Part shown: in pieces, positions 59,260-64,000 of the stretch | How the letters are laid out: each line of letters opens with the position of its first letter | How positions within the stretch are numbered: position 1 is the first letter of the stretch | From: Alphaproteobacteria bacterium | Lineage (GTDB): Bacteria; Pseudomonadota; Alphaproteobacteria; SP197 | Reading direction: 5' to 3' | Length of the DNA stretch: 64,000 nt | Assembly: GCA_964291265.2 (NCBI GenBank) | Contig: OZ219747.1 | Coordinates: forward strand, 1,952,001-2,016,000 | Translations under genes and position numbers: made by a program | Notes under the pieces: model-generated | Told to the model about the DNA's origin: nothing | The model's input: the letters and a program-made list of their open reading frames with translations, nothing else | Databases searched by the model: none

Positions 59260-60012
59260 ATGCAGAACAAATATGTGGGGGACATCGGTGACTATGCCAA
59301 ATACAGCCTGTTGCGCGCGCTCTCCTGCAACATGAAGCTCGGTGTCGCCTGGTACCTTTTTCCTGATGAGGAGGGAAAGAAGGACGGAAAGCACATAGAT
59401 TATCTATGCAATGGAAAGAAGTGGCGGGATTTCGACAAGGACACATTCGACACGCTTCAAGTGATCGTGGAGTCCGGTGATCGCAACGTCCAGGCGGTCG
59501 AACGTTCCGGTCTTCTGCCGAACGCGGTGTTCTCGGGCAGGAAACTGGATTTTCGTGGATGCAGGCGGCTCGAACAGAGCGCCTGGAGAAAAGAGTGGTT
59601 CCGAGAAACCAGAAGCGACTTGCAGGATTGCGAGTTGATCTTTGCCGACCCTGACAACGGCCTCATCAAGCAGGAGTCGTTTCGACCCGGTTGCAGAAAG
59701 CACGGGAAGCGCATTCCCGAATGCGAAATAGCGGCGTTGTTGGAAGGAGGAAGGCCGGCAGTACTCTACCATCACAACAGCCGGCGCAAGGGAGGCAATG
59801 CCAAGGAGGTGTGCTACTGGCAACGAAGGCTCGGGGAAGGGTTGGGTCGCAGAATCTGTGCAGTTCGTTGGCGGTACATATCGCCTCGAACATTCTTCAT
59901 AGTAAACGGCGATGACGAGTTGCAGCGACGTGCAAGACAGTGGTGCAGCCGGTGGAAGGATATGGACAGGGTGGTTTTTGTTGGGTCCCCGGACTCGCCA
60001 GAGCATCCGTAG
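59260..60012 (+). CDS. Conserved hypothetical protein, possible SAM-dependent methyltransferase-like fold
   Basis: MQNKYVGDIGDYAKYSLLR and LIFADPDNG motifs; AT-richer codon usage. Confidence 0.7.
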   Translation: MQNKYVGDIGDYAKYSLLRALSCNMKLGVAWYLFPDEEGKKDGKHIDYLCNGKKWRDFDKDTFDTLQVIVESGDRNVQAVERSGLLPNAVFSGRKLDFRGCRRLEQSAWRKEWFRETRSDLQDCELIFADPDNGLIKQESFRPGCRKHGKRIPECEIAALLEGGRPAVLYHHNSRRKGGNAKEVCYWQRRLGEGLGRRICAVRWRYISPRTFFIVNGDDELQRRARQWCSRWKDMDRVVFVGSPDSPEHP

Positions 60013-60428
60013 GACAAAAGCAGAAGCCGATGGCGATTTGTCACGGCACGCCTTTCAAGCCGGATGGGGTTTCGCCGTCCAGAGATGCGATCATCGACCT
60101 GCTGGAAGAACCGGGTTGAACACGGCAGGAGTTCAGCGTGCCTGCCCTGCTGCAGCGTGGAGCGAACCGACCGTCTCATGTGTGGACACACGGCCATCAA
60201 CAGCCGAACTCCAGCATGGCGTTTTGGCTCCGACGGCGGGAGCACTGTCGCAGGAACCTCCGGGGGATGACAGTGACAACCACGCAAGGCCCCGGGACTC
60301 GCCTGCATTCGCACAGTGCTGTCATCGCCCCGATCACCGCGTGATCGAACGCTTACCGGCACCGATACCTTCGGGCAGATTCTCGAGGTGGGATGCCGGA
60401 CAGGCCGGCTTGCGGTGATCGCCGGGCC

Positions 60429-61115
60429 TCAGGCGCAGTCTGGCGAGCCGGTCTCCCAGAACCCCGCCTCGAGGCGGGTCGCCATTGCGAAGACGTGACA
60501 GAGTTCCTGCCAGCGCGGGGTCTCGGCATGGTGGGGACCCAGGCGGCTCTCGAGCGCCTCGTCGATCAGTGCGCCGGACTCGCGGCATGCGTCCTGGTAG
60601 GCCTCGTTCCCGTAGGTGTCGATCCACTCCCGGTAGACGGACGAGGTGGCCTCCGTCGCAAGGCGCCGGCCGATCTCGCCGTAGCCCATGCCGCAGGGCG
60701 CCAGGGCCGCCATGAGGTCGAGATAGTCGCCGGAATACCCCTTCTCGAGGACGAACCTCGTGTAGGCCAGGTTCTGCGGAGCCTCGCGCAGGGCGAGAAG
60801 GTCGTCCTCCGAAATGCCCTCCGCGGCGCACGTCTCGACATGGAGCGCCATCTCGCGGTTCACCAACCCGTCCACGGTTGCTGCGGCCGCTCTCATTTCA
60901 CGCATGTCCCGTGACTTCACCACCGCAAGCGCCCAGGCTCGGGCGAAGTTCACCAGGAAGAGGTAGTCCTGCTTGAGATAGTTGAGGAACGCATGGCGGG
61001 GCAGGGAGCCGTCTGCCAGGCTCTCGACGAAGGGATGGCGGACATAGGCGGACCAGGCGTCCCCTGCGCGGGCCCGCCACAGACCGAAGGTCCTGCCATA
61101 CTCCGGGGCGGTCAT
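60429..61115 (-). CDS. tenA: Thiaminase II / aminopyrimidine aminohydrolase
   Basis: HPFV, YLKQDYLFL, LAPCGMGY (catalytic Cys), YREWIDTY, LEAGFW. Confidence 0.93.
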   Translation of the reverse strand: MTAPEYGRTFGLWRARAGDAWSAYVRHPFVESLADGSLPRHAFLNYLKQDYLFLVNFARAWALAVVKSRDMREMRAAAATVDGLVNREMALHVETCAAEGISEDDLLALREAPQNLAYTRFVLEKGYSGDYLDLMAALAPCGMGYGEIGRRLATEATSSVYREWIDTYGNEAYQDACRESGALIDEALESRLGPHHAETPRWQELCHVFAMATRLEAGFWETGSPDCA

Positions 61116-61194
61116 GGCGCGTTCCCCTCGGCAGCGTGTCGTGTCGTGTCGCGGGGACACGGTATCGTGCGGAAGAGCGGCGTCGGAACTGTCG

Positions 61195-61812
61195 TCATGA
61201 TGTCGTCCTTTCGTTGCAGCGGGTTGCGTCCAGCCATGCCGTCACCCGGGATTCGGGGTCCGCATGGAGAGTGATGTCGGTCACCGCCGAGATGATGTCG
61301 GCGCCGGCCGCGAAGACGCCGCCCGCGCGTTCCACGGTCATGCCGCCGATGGCCACGAGCGGACAGGCGCCGATCAGCCGCTTCCACTCCGTCACCCTCT
61401 CGAGCCCCTGTTCCTGCCATTTCATGGCCTTGAGGATCGTCGGATACACCGGGCCCAGCGCCACGTAATCGGGATCGAGCGCCAGGCCGCGCTCGAGTTC
61501 GGCGTGGTCATGGGTGCTGACGCCGAGCCTGAGTCCCGCCTTGCGGATGGCCGTGATGTCGGCGGTATCGAGGTCCTCCTGCCCGAGATGGACGAAGTCG
61601 CAGCCTTCATCGATGGCGACCTGCCAGTAATCGTTGACGACGAGAACCGCGCCGTGCCGGGCGCAGAATCCCTTCGACCGGACGATCTGCCGGCGGATTT
61701 CGTCGGCGGGTCTTTCCTTGATTCTCAACTGGACCAGCTTCACGCCGAGCGGCAGCGTGCGCCCGAGCCAGTTCGCATCGTCGAAGATCGGGTAGAACCT
61801 GTCCAGAGTCAT
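61195..61812 (-). CDS. thiE: Thiamine phosphate synthase
   Basis: VQLRIK, VNDYW, HLGQEDL, GVSTH, LVAIGG. Confidence 0.95.
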   Translation of the reverse strand: MTLDRFYPIFDDANWLGRTLPLGVKLVQLRIKERPADEIRRQIVRSKGFCARHGAVLVVNDYWQVAIDEGCDFVHLGQEDLDTADITAIRKAGLRLGVSTHDHAELERGLALDPDYVALGPVYPTILKAMKWQEQGLERVTEWKRLIGACPLVAIGGMTVERAGGVFAAGADIISAVTDITLHADPESRVTAWLDATRCNERTTS

Positions 61813-62585
61813 GCCAGGAACGCCTTTCCGATGACCGGCGTCGACGGTGCGGCCATGTCCCGCGCGTTCATGGGGTCGGCCGCCGCCGCGGCCGCCCCGG
61901 CCGCGACCGACTTCGCAAAGGCGCCCGCCATCGCCACCGGGTCCCCTGCCCGGGCTACCGCGGAATTGATGAGAACGGCGTCATACCCCATCTCCATCAC
62001 CCTGGCGGCGTGTGACGGCAGCCCCAGACCTGCGTCCACGACGAGGGTCGTGTCGGGAAAGTGGGCGCGCAGGCTGCGAAGGCCGTACTCGTTGATGGGC
62101 CCCAGACCGGAACCGATGGGCGCCGCCCAGGGCATCAGGACCCTGCAGCCCGCTTCCACGAGTCGCTCGGCCGTCACGAGGTCTTCGGTCGTGTAGGGAA
62201 AAACCTCGAATTCGTCCTCGGCGAGGATTCCTGCCGCCTCGACCAGGGCAAAGATGTCCGGCTGCAGCGTATCGGCGTGTCCGACGACCTCGAGCTTGAT
62301 CCAGGGCGTCGCGAAGACCTCCCGGGCCATGTGCGCCGTCGTCACCGCCTCCTTCACCGTGTGGCAGCCCGCGGTGTTGGGAAGCACGTGGACGCCGAGG
62401 CTGCGGATGAGGTCCCAGAAGGCCCCGCCCGCTCCGGCGCCGCCTTCGCGGCGCAGGGATACCGTGGCGACAGGTGCGCCCGATTCGCGAAACGCGCCTG
62501 CCAGCACTGCGGGAGAGGGATACTGCGCCGTCCCCAGCATGAGAGGCGTGGCGAGTTCTGTGCCGTAGAAATCCCTCCTCATCAT
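61809..62585 (-). CDS. thiG: Thiazole synthase
   Basis: [31 protein letters not shown]. Confidence 0.96.
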   Translation of the reverse strand: MMRRDFYGTELATPLMLGTAQYPSPAVLAGAFRESGAPVATVSLRREGGAGAGGAFWDLIRSLGVHVLPNTAGCHTVKEAVTTAHMAREVFATPWIKLEVVGHADTLQPDIFALVEAAGILAEDEFEVFPYTTEDLVTAERLVEAGCRVLMPWAAPIGSGLGPINEYGLRSLRAHFPDTTLVVDAGLGLPSHAARVMEMGYDAVLINSAVARAGDPVAMAGAFAKSVAAGAAAAAADPMNARDMAAPSTPVIGKAFLA

Positions 62586-62779
62586 CCCCCCTGCATCGGC
62601 GCGACCACCTCGACCCGGTCGCCGTCCCTGAGTTGCCTCGTCTCCCGGTTCGCCGCCGCCACGAAGACCTCGTTGACAGCGGTACCGACCACGCGCCCGC
62701 CGAGACCGCGCTCCTCGAGGAGGGCGGCAAGGGTGCCGGCCCTGACCTCCACGGCCTCACCGTTGAGATACAGTTGCAT
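62582..62779 (-). CDS. thiS: Sulfur carrier protein
   Basis: 65 aa; LNGE...AVNE...[14 protein letters not shown]-terminal GG. Confidence 0.95.
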   Translation of the reverse strand: MQLYLNGEAVEVRAGTLAALLEERGLGGRVVGTAVNEVFVAAANRETRQLRDGDRVEVVAPMQGG

Positions 62780-63764
62780 CCATCAGCTCCGGAACATCGC
62801 CTTCGAACACCATATCCGCCACCATGCGCGACAGGGCCGGCGCCAGCAGGAATCCGTGCCGGAAGAGCCCGTTGACGTAGAGAGAGCGGCCGTCGCGCAG
62901 GATGCGCGGACAATTGTCGGGAAAAGCGGGGCGGGCGTCGACACCGATTTCCAGCACCTCCGCCTCACCGAACGCCGGGTGAAGCGCATAGGCGGCGGAC
63001 AGCAGTTCGAGGAGCGAGCGAGCCGTGATGCGTTCCCTCTCGCTCGCCTCGATCATGGTGGCGCCGAGCATGTAGACATCGTCACCGTGGGGCACCACGT
63101 AGAGGGGAATGCGGGGATGCAGCAGGCGGACCGGCCGGCGCAGACGAATGTCCGCGCAGCGCAGCAGGAGCATTTCGCCCTTGACCCCGCGAAGCTCACC
63201 CAGAACGTCACACGCGGCCAATCCTCGACAGTCGATCGACGTGACCCCGTCCGATGCCGGCCACGGCGGAACGTCGTCTGACGGTTCCACCACCACTCCG
63301 CAATCGCGCAGGCGGCGCGCCAGGGCACGAAGCGCGGCACGGGGTGCGAGATGGGCTTCGTCCGGGAAGAACAGGCCGCGCCGGAACCTGCCGGCAAGGT
63401 CGGGTTCGAGTGCGTCGATCGCGTCGCCGTCGAGAGCCCGATGATTGCCGGTCCGGCGCGCAAACCGCTGCAACTCGCCGGCGTCCCGTGCCAGCGCCAG
63501 GACAAGGGTGCCGTTGGACGTCACGGCGTCGGTCCGTGCCCGCCACCATGCGCCTGCCTCGCGTCCGAACCTGACCACGGCCTCATCTGCCGTCTCGCCC
63601 TCGCAGTCCGGCGCCAGCATGCCGCCTGCCCACCATGAGCAGGCATGTGCTCCGGGCTCCGGATGCCTGTCCCGGAGCGCCACGTGGCCGCCTCTTTCGA
63701 CAATGGCGGTGGCGACGCAGAGTCCGGCCACGCCGGCGCCGTGGATCCGGACATCAACCGTCAT
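62757..63764 (-). CDS. thiO: Glycine oxidase
   Basis: GAGVAG, AGGMLAP, LRGVKGE, NGLFRHG; position in the thi operon. Confidence 0.92.
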   Translation of the reverse strand: MTVDVRIHGAGVAGLCVATAIVERGGHVALRDRHPEPGAHACSWWAGGMLAPDCEGETADEAVVRFGREAGAWWRARTDAVTSNGTLVLALARDAGELQRFARRTGNHRALDGDAIDALEPDLAGRFRRGLFFPDEAHLAPRAALRALARRLRDCGVVVEPSDDVPPWPASDGVTSIDCRGLAACDVLGELRGVKGEMLLLRCADIRLRRPVRLLHPRIPLYVVPHGDDVYMLGATMIEASERERITARSLLELLSAAYALHPAFGEAEVLEIGVDARPAFPDNCPRILRDGRSLYVNGLFRHGFLLAPALSRMVADMVFEGDVPELMDATVSQR

Positions 63765-64000
63765 GACCCGATGTCCAGTAGAAGTGGTGAACCGGCCCGT
63801 GTCCGGATCCGAGGTCGAGCTGATCCGCCGCATGCAGGGCGCGGTTGAGGTAGGCATGCGCCTCGGCCGCCGCCTCCGGCAGGGCCCTGTCCTTCGCGAG
63901 CCCCGCAGCGACTGCCGCGGAGAGCGTGCATCCCGTGCCGTGCGTGTTCCGCGTGATGATGCGCGAGGCGCAAAGGACCCTTGGTTCGTCGTCCCTTGTG
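63754..64000 (-). CDS. thiD: HMP/HMP-P kinase, 3' part (runs off the window)
   Basis: [17 protein letters not shown]...[10 protein letters not shown] translated by hand. Confidence 0.92.
   Translation of the reverse strand, partial: TRDDEPRVLCASRIITRNTHGTGCTLSAAVAAGLAKDRALPEAAAEAHAYLNRALHAADQLDLGSGHGPVHHFYWTSGHDG

Overview
High-GC bacterial window, probably from an alphaproteobacterium. The gene content (TmoXWV-like transporter, MttB, thiDOSGE-tenA) suggests a marine, possibly host-associated organism, but this is inference. Bases 1-12,250 are a nested mobile-element region: a BrnT/XRE toxin-antitoxin pair, a decayed IS50-type IS4, and an ISKra4-like element (2998-10146; 25-bp inverted repeats, 9-bp target duplication). 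The ISKra4 element is interrupted by a 5.3-kb IS21-family element (4276-9595; TG..CA ends, 5-bp target duplication). Inside its ends the IS21 element carries a Zn-finger ORF, istA, istB, a DUF3991/Toprim primase-like gene and a small ORF, the last four overlapping at their junctions, plus 13-bp subterminal repeats. A class II Fic gene with an array of palindromic sites upstream follows. Bases 12-57 kb are catabolic and biosynthetic: DSD1-family PLP enzyme, non-Pyl MttB, DgcA-like flavoprotein, Xsc-like ThDP enzyme, sugar ABC transporter, FadF/DgcB-EtfAB, two GMC oxidoreductase pairs, an orphan Mo-hydroxylase large subunit, TcuA/CobZ-cobB-cobA/cbiD-cobK, nth, YjgN-M48, Rieske oxygenase, ureohydrolase, TmoXWV-like ABC transporter, dipeptidase, DUF3604 and DUF3047. 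Bases 56.9-60.0 kb hold a candidate defence island (ABC ATPase, PIN-like protein, DPDNG-motif protein), followed by the thiamine operon. No rRNA, tRNA or CRISPR array was recognised. All family calls come from motif recognition by eye; no database search was run.
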